Positions 10,099 to 21,554 of a stretch of DNA of 64,000 nt are shown here, piece by piece. The first letter of the stretch is position 1. The number at the start of each line of letters is the position of its first letter. A model generated the notes under the pieces. It was not told where the DNA came from. It did no database searches and saw only the letters and a list, made by a program, of their open reading frames with translations. The stretch is from Paramoeba atlantica (Eukaryota > Protista > Discosea). Location: NCBI GenBank assembly GCA_977017575.1, contig CDRNVI010000179.1:17396-81395 (forward strand), read 5' to 3'. The translations under genes and the position numbers were made by a program.

Positions 10099-12928
10099 AT
10101 GTCTTCTTCTCTTTCTTCTTCTTCTTCTTCTTCTTCTTCTTCTTCTTCTTCTTCTTCTTCTTCTTTTGAAAGGGTGACAAGATGGACTGAGAAAATGAAA
10201 GAAGGAAATTTATTTCTTTTGGATGGTGCGACTGGGACTCAGGCTCAAAAATTGGGTGGGAAAATGGACGATGATGGATGGTTTATCTTTTTATTTCTTT
10301 TTTTTTGTTTTTTTGTTTTTGTTTTTTTTACTTTTTTTACTTTTTTCTTTTGATCCAAGTTTAGTTGATCCAGTTTTTTGGATTTTTCATGTTTTTCATT
10401 TTTTTTGAATGAAGGTCTTGTGTCATCCAGTTACGCGATCCGGAAATCTGTTTGTTTTTTCTTATTCTATCTTGTGATATTATGAAAATATTCTTCGAAA
10501 ATATTATTGTATTGATTCTTATTCTATAAAGAATTAAATTATTCTTCATATTCATTCAAGTTGAATTAATTCATTAATTAAGATATCATTCTTATTAATT
10601 AATCAAAATTATTATTATTAATCTCAAGAATGAACAGTGAAAAGAGTACATCTTGACTATTTGAGAGTTGGAGCAGATGTAATCACTTGCAATACATATG
10701 CAACGAATGGTAATGTTCTCTCTGCTGCTGGTATTCCAGGTCTTCTCTTCTTTATTTTTTGAAATTGTTTTGAAGAGGAGGAAAGAGAGGAAGGAGAGAG
10801 GGAGGAGGGAGAAGAGAAAGAGGAGAGAAGAAGAGAAGAAGAGAAGAAGAGAAGAGAGAGAGAGGAGGGTCGATCTATGGTTTTATTATTTTATAAAAAC
10901 ATTTTTGAGTTTAAAAATTCAATAATAATTTTTCTTTTGTTTCAGAAAAGACAGAAGAGGCAATTTTGGAAGCTGTTCGAATTGCGCAAGAAGCACGAAA
11001 TGATTATCTCAAAGAATCTGGTTTTTCTTCTTTCTCTCTTCTTTCTCCTCTTTTCTCTTTTTTGTCTCTTTTATTCTCTTTTTTGATTTTCTCTTTTTGA
11101 TTTTTTCATTCAAAGGAAAAGAGAAGACAATTATTGTAGCGGGAAGTATCTCTGCCCATTCTCCTTCTCTCCCAAAAACAGATCAAATTCTCAATGGTTT
11201 TTTTCTCCTCTTCTTCTCTCTTCTTCTCTCTTCTCTCTTCTTCTCTCTTCTCCCTTTTTCTCTCTTCTCTCTTCTTCTTCTCTTTCTCACAATTTAACCC
11301 CTCTTTTTCCTTTCTCTCTCTTCATGAATAGCTCCATATATTGGTGTTTTCCCACCACCTGAGCAAGAAGAGGAAGCATATTGTCTTGCTGCACAATATC
11401 TTGGTTTTTTTCTTTCTCTTTTCTCTCTTTGTTGAAAGAGAGAGAAATCGAGATGAAGAGAAGGAAAAGAGATGAAGAGAGAGGAAATAGAGAGATGGAG
11501 AGAGAAAGAAAAGAAAACAAGGAGAATTTTATGGAGGCTCAAAAATATCTAACAAAAAGAATGATTGATATATTTTTCTCTCTTCTTTCTTCTCTCTTTC
11601 TTCTCTCTTCCTTCTCTCTCTTTTCTATTTTCAGAAAAAGCGGGAGTGGATGTTATTTTTCTTGAAATGATGAAATGTCCAGAACGATCGCCTCGAGTTA
11701 TTCGTTCTGCAGCAAAAACTTCCCTCCCAATCGGTTTTTTCCTTTTTCTCTCCCTTTTCTCTCTCCTTTTTCTCTCTTTTCTCTTTTCTCTTCTCTCTTT
11801 TCTCTTTCTCTTTTCTCTTTCTCTTTTTTCCTTTTATTTCTTTTCTTCCTCTCCTCTCCTTTCTCTTTTTTACTTCCCTTCCTCTCTAATTTGATTTGGA
11901 TCTCAGTTCTGGGAGTGAGTGCAAGATTAAGTGAAAAAGGAGAGCTTTTATTATGGGGGAATGGGGCTGATCATATCCCTTTTACAGAACAAGTATTCAA
12001 TGATTTTGTAAAATTGGCAGGTCAAGTTTATTTTATTTTATTTTTATTTTTATTTTTATTTTATTTTATTTTTATTTTTATTTTATTTTATTTTATTTTA
12101 TTTTATTTTTTTAATTTCTATTTCTATTTTTGTTCTTGATTTGATGTTTGAAAAGTTCTCTTTCAAAGAAGCCTATTTTCTTAAAAAATTGAAGTCTTTA
12201 TTTTAAAAAAATTTTTTAAAATATAAATATTTTTATTATTAAAATATATCATTCATTTTTCTTTTCTTTCCTTTTTTTTTTTCTTTTTAGGCCCACGTCT
12301 CATTGGTGTGAATGTTATGCACACGAAATTTAATGTTGTTCTTCCAACTCTTCGTATGATTCGGAATGCTGGATGGGAAGGACCTCTTGGCGGTTTTCTT
12401 TCTTTCTTTTTCTTTCTTTCTTTTTCTTTCTTTTCTCTCTTTTTTTGAATAAATAAAAATAAAAAGAAATAGGATTAAAAAGATATTATTTTTTATTCTT
12501 ATTTTAAATTTTATGATTATTAATTTACTTTTTTTGAAAACAGCTTATCCTGATCATGGGCACTTTGCTCCTCCAAACTGGCTTTTTGAAGAACTGAGTT
12601 GGTAATTATCATCTTTCTTTTTTCTAATTGTATATTATTTATTATTGATTATGATTATTATTTATTATTTATTATGATTATTATGATTCTTATTCAATTG
12701 GTTAAACAAATAAAAATAATCATAATAATAATAATAATAATAATTAAAAAGTTATGGAATTATTTTTTTATTAATAATTTTTTTTTTTGGAACAGGGAAC
12801 AAGCAAGAGAGTATATTCAGAGTTGGGTAGAAGAAGCTTCTCTCTCTATGGTGGGAGGATGTTGTGGTTTAGGACCAGAATATATCTCTTCTCTTTCAAT
12901 GGATTTTGTTCACAAAGAAAAAAAATAA
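10099..12928 (+). CDS. Homocysteine S-methyltransferase (Hcy-binding TIM barrel) family protein, multi-exon
   Basis: Motifs LFLLDGATGT, GADVITCNTY, IVAGSIS, AGVDVIFLEMM, GPLGAYPD and C-terminal GGCCGLGPEYI across GT-AG-bounded exons. Confidence 0.9.
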
Positions 12929-13038
12929 AAATTGTTTTATTTTGGGGGGGGTTTAATTAAAAAAATTTAATTTTTTTTTTTATTTTTATTTTTTACAAAT
13001 AATTTTTTGTTTTTTGTTTTTGTTTTTTTTTTTAATTT

Positions 13039-15118
13039 TTAATTATGGTGATGGGATGTTATTTTTTTTGTTCTTTTACAAGGAATTAAAGAAAGATCAA
13101 AAGAAAAGTCCATTTGACTCAAAGCATCATCCATATTAAAATCTCCAATAAATTTTCTGTGTTGGGGTTTGTGAAAAGTTGATGCATTGGCAGTAACATA
13201 ATTCTTTCCTGCTGGTCTTCCAAAAATTGGCGGAATTGATTCAAGAAAGGTTCGAAATCCTTTGAATGATTGGGATAATGGTTGGTAAGGAAGATGGTCT
13301 ATCCCACTGGATTTGAAAAAGAAAGAGAGAAAGAGAAAAAAAGAAATTTTAAATGTGAAAGGAAAACGAAGAGGAAAGATTGGGTTTGTACTTTTTTTTT
13401 GGAGAACTTGTGTGTGTATGAAAAATAGAATTAATTTTTTTTTTTAGATTTATCTATTGTTAGACTTTTTGATTTTTTTTTTTTTTTTTTGAAGAATGTG
13501 AAAAGAAAAAGAAAAGAAGAAAAAAAAGAAAAAAAAGAAGAAAATGCTGACCGCGTACGATTAAAAGGTTGTAGAGAAGACATCGTGTGACAAATCTGCC
13601 AAAAGTGAGAAGGAACAGCTTCTTTCAAAGGTTTGTTTGACATGACAATTTTTTCGACCATTGGCATTAATGCGTTTTGGTATGCTCCGTGTACGAAGAG
13701 ACGGTCGTATGGTGTTTCGTCGAAGATCCTTTTTTGTTTTTTGTTTTTGTTTTTTGTTTTTTGTTTTTGTTTTTTGTTTTTGTTTTTTGTTTTTGTTTGT
13801 TTTGTTTTTGTGTGGTTGGGTGTTGTGAGGAAAAGGAGTGTTGAATTTGTTTTTAGAGAATAAAGGAGGGGTTTTTATTTTCAAAAGAGAGAGAAAGGAA
13901 TTAATTTTTTTTTTCCAATAAAAGAAAGAAAATCAATAAAAACAAAAAAAAATAAATAACAAACAAGAAAAATAAATCAAATAAAACAAAAAAAAAAAAA
14001 ACCAATGCAAAAGATGTTCATACTGATGAAAACGATCAAAACCATTTTGATAATAATCAAATTTGGACATTGTGGGAGAGATTGTGCATGTTTCTCTTGT
14101 TATTGCTGCCAGGTGTCTTATGTGTAATTTTCTTCGAAATAGACTTTTGTTTTGTTTTTGTTTTTTGTTTTTTGTTTTGTTTGTTTTTTGTTTGTTTTTT
14201 TTGTTCGTTTGTTTTTTTTTGGTTTGTTGGTTTTTGTTGGTCAGTTATTTTGAAGAAGAGAGAGAGAGGGGAGAGGGGAGAGAGGAGAGAGGAGAGGAGA
14301 GGAGGGGAGAGAGGAGAGAGGAGGAAGAGAGAGAAAAGAAAGTGAGAAAAGGGGGAAAAACCTCGAAAGAGGATCACCAAAAACATAATTAAGAAGAAAA
14401 AGAGAGAGAAGAGAAGAGAAGAGAAGAGAAGAGAAGAGAAAAGAGAAGAGAGAGAAAGAAACGGAGAAGGGCAATAAAGAGGATCACCAAAAACATAAAT
14501 AATAAGAAAATGAGTTCCAAAATGGGAGGTTGGAGGGTGTGTTTGAGCCCTTTTCCTCTTGGATTGACTCGATACTTTTCTTCGAGAGAGAGAAGAGAGA
14601 GAAGAGAGAGAAGAGAGAAAGAAACCTAGAAGGACAGTAGAGAGGATCGCCAAAAACATAAATAATAAGAAAATGAGGATTCAAATTTTCTAAAATGGGA
14701 GGTTGAAGAGTGTGTTTGAGTCCTTCTCCTCTTGGATTGGCTCGATACTTCTTTACTTTAGTGAAGTAATTCATTGTTGATGTACTTCCTACCCCTTTTG
14801 TTTTGTTTTTGTTTTGTGTTGTTTTTTTTTTTTTGTGGTGTCAAAGAAAAGAAAGAGTCAGATTTTCTATTTTTTTTTTCAATGGCACGAAACAAAACAA
14901 AAAACAAAAAACAAAAAACAAAAAACAAAAAACAAAAAACAAAAAACAAAAACAAAAAAACAAAAACAAAAAAACAAAAAAACAAAACCTCCAGGAGAAG
15001 CAATCATCAACCGAAGATCCTGCTTACAACCACGACAAAGATACCTTTCATTCGGTAAATTTCGACATTCTTCAGGAGCATACAATTGTTCAATCCCTTT
15101 TCCAAACTCGTGTCGAAC

Positions 15119-15120
<2 letters not shown>
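13039..15120 (-). CDS. Hypothetical multi-exon protein, possibly the 3' part of the LamG gene
   Basis: In-frame spliced exons, e.g. ...FHQYEHLLHW|IFDETPYDRLFVHGAYQNALMP...; no family recognised; ends uncertain. Confidence 0.5.
14360..14760 (-). repeat. Three decaying tandem copies of an exon end (gaggatcaccaaaaacataa...aagaaaa)
   Basis: Motif recurs at ~14369, ~14479 and ~14641; the two distal copies share aaaatgggaggttg..gtgtgtttgag. Confidence 0.75.
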
Positions 15121-15176
<56 letters not shown>

Positions 15177-15177
15177 G
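15119..15177. repeat. (TTG)n microsatellite, ~19 units
   Basis: Read directly from the sequence. Confidence 0.95.
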
Positions 15178-15299
15178 AAAAGAGAGGGAGGAAAGAGAGG
15201 GAGAGGACCATCATTAAATTTGACAGATTCATCTTTTTTGTTTTTTGTTTTTTTTTGTTTTTAATCAAATGAGAGATTGGTGAGTGAGAATGATCAAAT

Positions 15300-16260
15300 T
15301 ACAGAAAACCATCCCCCATTCAAGAAAAAGACAAAAAAGAAAGAAAGAAAAAGAAAAACAATATCAGGGACATCTTTAGGGGACACCACCATAATCAAAA
15401 ATGACAATCGAAATTGTGGAAAAAAGAGAAAGAGTTTTATTCTCAAGAAGAAAAGAAAAAAGGGAAGAGAAAGTATTTTCATCTCTTTGCCGGTTTGATT
15501 GAAGTTACCAAGAGGATGCAATCTGCCCTTCAACCAATCAAGATCAAGATCAACATCCCCAAACACCAAAGCAAACTCAGATATTTCTCTTTGCCGGTTT
15601 GATTGAAGTAGTACCAAGAGGATGCAATCTGCCCTTCAACCAATCAAGATCAAGATCAACAAAACCAGGGACATCTTGAGGGAACACCTTCATAATCAAA
15701 ATGATAACCGGAAAAAGTGGAAAAAAGAGAAAGAGTTTTATTCTCAAGAAGGATAGAGAAAGGGAAGAGAAAGTATTTTCATCTCTTTGCTGGTTTGATT
15801 GAAGTACCAAGAGGATCCAATCTGCCCTTCAACCAATCAAAATCAAGATCAACAAAACCAGGGACATCTTGAGGGAACACCTTCATAATCAAAATGATAA
15901 CTGGAAAAAGTGGAAAAAAGAGAAGGAGTTTTATTCTCAAGAAGGATAGAGAAAGGGAAGAGAAAGTATTTTCATCTCTTTGCCGGTTTGATTGAAGTAC
16001 CAAGAGGATCCAATCTGCCCTTCAACCAATCAAGATCAAGATCAACAAAACCAGGGACATCTTGAGGGGATACCTTCATAATCAAAATGATAACTGGAAA
16101 AAGTGGAAAAAAGAGAAGGAGTTTTATTCTCAAGAAGGATAGAGAAAGGGAAGAGAAAGTATTTTCATCTCTTTGCTGGTTTGATTGAAGTACCAAGAGG
16201 ATCCAATCTGCCCTTCAACCAATCAAGATCAAGATCAAGTTCCCCAAACACCAAAGCAGA
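15300..16260 (-). repeat. 193-bp tandem array of intron+exon units
   Basis: Exon ends at 16194, 16001, 15808 and 15615 (193-bp spacing), plus chimeric or degenerate copies to ~15300. Confidence 0.92.
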
Positions 16261-16773
16261 CTCAGATATCTGACCAGGAAAAGGATTTTCAGGTTGATCC
16301 CCTTTTCCTGGTGGTAATCGACTTCCAACTCGGAATGGTTTCTTTTCTCCTTGTGATGCATCGTAAAGATCCTCTGTCTTGTATGTACTGACTGGCAATC
16401 GAGTATTGTTGACAAACAAACTGTAATTGAGCCCTCTTCTCATGACAAGAACAAAATGCCATTCTCCAAGTTTGAGAGGTTGAGAATGAAGACTTCCTCG
16501 ATAGCCATTCGGATCACCATTCTCCCCAAAACCAGGTCGCACAGAAGTATTATGATCAGACAAACTAACCATCAAATTACCAAAGAGTTCAAAACGAAAT
16601 TGTGAAACCGGATCACAAGATCGATCGCGAGAACAAATGATTCCATATTTCGGTTGCTCTGGTTTGATCCAACACCCAAAAGTGAAGTCTTCTTCTCCAA
16701 CATTGATTGACTCTTTTTCCACGATTTCTCCAAACGAGTAATTTTTAAAAAAGATTGGATCTTCCGAAGCCAT
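16194..16773 (-). CDS. LamG / concanavalin-A-like (Laminin_G_3-type) domain protein, first exon; continues through the repeated exons
   Basis: FTFGCWIKP, GEWHFVLVMRRG..SLFVN, FRVGSR and NPFPGQISE pattern typical of LamG-like jelly-roll domains; donor GTACTT at 16193. Confidence 0.8.
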
Positions 16774-16913
16774 ATGAGATAATAAAACAAAAAGAGATAA
16801 TAAAACAAAAAGAGATAATAAAACAAAAAGAGAAAACAACAATAAAAGAAAAAACTCAACGGTTTCAAAAAAAGAAACGGTCAGAAGATGTTTTCACATC
16901 AATTTTCCAGATT

Positions 16914-17075
16914 TCTCTTCCCCTCAACCCTCTTCCCCCTCAATCCTTCTAACCCATCAATCCTCTTCCCCCTCCATCCTCTTCCCCCTCAACCCTCTTC
17001 CCCCTCAACCCTCTTCCCCCTCAATCCTCTTCCCTCTCAATCCTCTTCCCCCCTCAATCCTCTTCCCCCTCAAAC
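16914..17075. repeat. 16-bp C-rich minisatellite (CCTCTTCCCCCTCAAT)n, ~9-10 imperfect copies
   Basis: Read directly from the sequence; G-rich on the minus strand. Confidence 0.85.
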
Positions 17076-17394
17076 ACTTCTCCAATCCCCTTCCTCATCT
17101 TCACTCCTCCGCACAACACTCCCCCTCAACCACCACTAACTTCTTCCCAAACAAAAAAGGGTGTTTCTGGAAAAACTCAAAAAAAGATTTGGAGTTAATT
17201 TTTATTACTTGATTGTTTTATTACATATTTCAGAACTCGCTTGAATTGCGTTGTTTTGAAAAGCTTATATTTAGAGAGAGAAGAGAGAGAGACTCAAGGA
17301 AAGAGAGATCGATGAAAGAGAGAAGAAAGATTGTGAATGAAGAAAATGAAACAAAAGAAAGAGAGGAGAGAGAGGAGGGAGAGAGAGAGGAAAA

Positions 17395-18011
17395 TTAGAC
17401 AGAAACATTAAAAGAGGCAGCCAAAACACCTCTTAAAACAACATCTCGCACATCACCCATCAACTTTTTGACCTATTTCGAGAGTTTGAGATTTATTTAA
17501 TATTTAATAATAAATAAAGAAAGAAATAGAAATAGAAATCATATTAAATCAATACAATAAATAATAATAATAAAAAAACAATAAATAAAATAAAATAAAA
17601 TAAAATAAAATAAAAATAAAAATAAAAATAAAATAAAATAAAATACCATTTTTGTGTCAGTACAACAAGTAATATGAGGATACACAGTTCGTTTTTGATT
17701 TTGATTCAGAGATTTAAACATTTTTGTAATAAATTCACATCCTGCTGCATAATCATCTCCTCCTAAAAAAATAATTAATTTTAGTAAATGTTATTAAAAG
17801 AAAAAAAAATAATTAATATTAAAAAAAATAAAATTAATAACAAAAAAGAGATAGAAAAGAAAAAAGAAAAAAAACCAGAATATTCTGAAAAATAATCAGA
17901 AAGAGGGAATTTTTTCAATTTGTCTGCAAATAAATCACTGTGCAAATTTTCTTTAATAAAAACAGAGAAAAGAAGAAAGAAAAAGAAAAAAGGAAAAAAA
18001 AGGAAAAAGGA

Positions 18012-18043
<32 letters not shown>

Positions 18044-19694
18044 ACCATTTGTTGAGAAACAGAATAACAGGAGTATCTTTAAACCACACACAATTTACAA
18101 TTTCGTCGAACAATTTTAGTGATTCCTGTTTTTGTTTTTATTTTAATTTTATTTTATTTTATTTTATTTTATTTAATTTTTATTTAATTTTTATTTTTAT
18201 TTATTTTATTTTTTTTTATTTTTAAATATTTACTTTACTTTATGATCATTTATTATTATTTTGGAGTTAATTTCGACTGTTTTTCTTTTTCTCTTCTCTT
18301 CTTCTCTTCCTCTCTTCCTCTCTCCCTCTTCTTCTTCTCTTCTTCTCTTCTTCCTCTCTTCTCTTTACCTTCATTCGATTCACCGCACGTTCTTCATAAA
18401 GACCCAAATTATATTCGCTCAGAGCAGCAAAAAAGATAATCGTTGTCACCTTTTTCAGTGAACATTAAATGAAAGAAAGGAAAAAAAGAAGAAAAGAAAC
18501 AGAAAGAAAAAAGAGAAAGAAGAGAAAGAAAAAAAGAGAAAAAAGAAAGAAAGAGAAAGAAGAGAAAAAAGAAAAAAGAAAAAAAAAAACTTCTTGAAAA
18601 CAATGAATCCATTTCCTTCGCTCAGAACGTTGACCTCCCACATCTACCACTCTAAAGTATCTTCCCTATTTTTCAATTTGTTATTCCTCTCTTCTCTTCT
18701 CTTCTCTTCTCTTCTCTTCTCTCTCTCTCTCTCTCTCTCTTACTCCCACATCTACCACTCTAAAAATAAAAGAGAGAGAGAAAAAAAGACAAACATCAGT
18801 TTCAAAAGTTGTCTCTGCAACACCACTTGTTCGAGCACGGGCAAAGAGAACATCTGTTTTTGAGGGTTAATTATTTAAAATTAATTTTATTTTCTCTCTT
18901 TCTTTCTCTTCTCTTCTCTTCTCTTCTGCTTGTTTTTTCTTCTTTTTTTTCTTCTTTTTTTTCTTTCAAACCTTCATCGTTGGGAAGATAATTCTTAACA
19001 GCAACTCGCTCAAGAGATTCAAAGAAATATCTCGCTGATTCTCCCAACTGAATTTATTAAAAAAAGAATTGAATTAGAAGAGAAACAAAAGGAGAAAGAG
19101 AAAGAGAAAGAGAAAGAAAGAGAGAGAAAAGAAGAGAAGAAGAAGAAAAGAGAAGAAGAAAAGAGAAGAAGAGAAACTTGAAAAGTGTGAGCTTGAGCAT
19201 AAGCAGCTTGGATCGCAGGATCATCCCACAACAATAGGATATTTTCTTTATTTTCAATTAAAATTGAAAATCTTTCTTCTAATGATGGTAATGATTGATC
19301 TATTTTTTGGATTTAAGAAAGAGAAGAGAGAGGAAGAAAAAAAGAGAGAAAGATAATAACGATAAAAATTAAAAATAAAAAATAAAAAATAAAAATAAAA
19401 AAATAAAATAAAAATAAAATAAAAATAAAAACAAAAAACAAAAAACAAAAAACAAAAAACAAAAAAAACAAAAAACAAAAAAAAACAAAAAACAAAAAAA
19501 AACAAAAAACAAAAAAACAAAAAAACAAAAAACAAAAAAAAAACAAAAAAAAAACCTTCAATCCGCTGAACAATACGACGAGAAGCAGCATCATTATCAG
19601 GATTTTTCCATTGCAATTCCATTGTACCAACTGCTGATATTAATGTGTGCATCCATACTAACATGTTTGTTGCTATTATGTCTCTGTGTATTGG

Positions 19695-19728
<34 letters not shown>

Positions 19729-20414
19729 GGGAGGGGAGAGGGGAGAGAGAGGAGAGAGAGAGAGAAGGGAGGGGAGAGGAGAGAGAGAGAGAGAGAGGAG
19801 AGGGGAGAGGGGAGAGAGAGGGAGAAGGGAGGAGAGAGAGAAAGAGGGAGGAGAGGGAGAGAGAAAGATGGGGGAAAAGAGATTTCTTTCAGTGAATACT
19901 TTCGGATATTGGTTATTCAGAGGGAGAAGATGAAAAGAGAAGAAAAAGAGACGAGAGAAAAGAGAAAAAAACGAAAGAGAAAAGAAAGAAATCCGAGAAA
20001 AAGAAATCCGAGAAAAAAGAGAAAGAGAAAGAGAAAGAGAAAAGAGAAAAAGAGAAAAAGAGAAAAGAGAAAAGAAAGAGAGAGAAAAAAAAAACCTAAA
20101 AATTTCTCTTTCAGCATTAGTAAATCCCCTTTTATAAATGAGTTTGATTTGTTTGACTAAGGTGCTTTTTCCTGTGTCTCCTGCTCCTAATAATAATATC
20201 TATTTTTTTTTTCTTTTTGTTTAGAAAAAGAAGAGAGGGGGGAGAGAGAGAGAGAGAGGAGAGGGAGGGAGAGAAGAGGAAAAGGAAAAGGGAAAGAGAG
20301 AGGAAAGAGAAAGAGAGAGAGAGAAAAAAAAAGAAAAAAGAAAGAAAAAAGAAAGAGAAGAAAGAGAAGAAAGAGAAGAAAGAGAAGAAAGAGAAGAAAG
20401 AGAAAGCGAAAGGA

Positions 20415-20462
<48 letters not shown>

Positions 20463-20944
20463 AACTTTTGATTCAGTAGCAAGAGCTTTTTGTTGAGAAC
20501 GCATTTCTTTTTCAATTCTGCGATGTCGAACTGCTTCTTCTTCTGATGTCTATTTTTTTATTTTATTATTATTTTCATTGACCATCTCGTCTTCTCTCTT
20601 TTCTCTCTCTCTCTCTTTTCTCTCTCTCTCTCTTTTCTCTCTTCTCTCTTTTCTCTCTTTTCTCTCATTTTCTCGTGTCTTCTTTTCAATTCTCCGAGAT
20701 GGATTACTCTTCTCTTTTTTAATTTTTCTTCTTTTTTCTTTCTTCTCTTTGAAGAATCAAAGAATTCTTATTCAATTTGAGGTTATCTGTTTATCAGTTT
20801 CTCCTTTTAAATCTCTTTCTTTTTCAAGATTTTTCTTTCAATTCTTTTCTTCTTTCCTTTTCCAAAACCAAGCCACCTAAAAAACCAAATTTTTCTTTTT
20901 TCAAAAAAAAAAAAAACCTGCAGCCCAGAATTTGCACACCCCAT
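17395..20944 (-). CDS. Heterotrimeric G-protein alpha subunit, ~13-14 exons
   Basis: MGC N-terminus (myristoyl/palmitoyl), [19 protein letters not shown] switch [36 protein letters not shown]. Confidence 0.95.
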
Positions 20945-21554
20945 TTTGAGTGAACAAATATTCCCAAAAGAAAAAACAACAAAAACAAAACAACAACAAC
21001 AAAAGAGAAAAAAAAGAAAAAAAAAGGAAAAAAGAAAGAAAAAAAAAGAAAACAAAAAAATGAAACCGAAAAACTTGGTTCTGGGAAAGAAGCACGTTTT
21101 TTCTATATTAGGCAAATTAAGCAACTTGGATATTCTATATTTAGACAAACCAAAGAACCGATTTTATTGATTCGAAGAATAGACAACATTTTTCACATGG
21201 ATCCCTGTTATTGTTTTTTTGTTTTTTCAAAAAAGAAATTTTTAGAGTTTCTTTTTGAAAAAAATATTTTTTTTGACCGAGCAAAATTGACTCATGTTTT
21301 CCACCGAAGGTGAAAAAGAAACTTGCCGCTTTTTTGCACCTTTTGCACCTTTTGGCATGAAAAACATTAAGCTAAAAAATTAAGCATTAGAAACCTAAAT
21401 TAGGTCTCTAAATAAAAACTCCAACTCGAAAAATGAAAAAGTGAAGAAGTTTTTTTCTTTTTCTTTTTTTTGTTTTTTTGTTTTCTTTCTTTTTTTTCTT
21501 TCTTTTTTGGTTCATTCTTTTTTGGTTTTGGAAATCAAAGAATTTGAGGGGACC

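Noticed and set aside
15300-16260. CRISPR-like array
   Set aside because: The units are whole 193-bp duplicates with no unique spacers, in a eukaryotic gene context with no cas genes.
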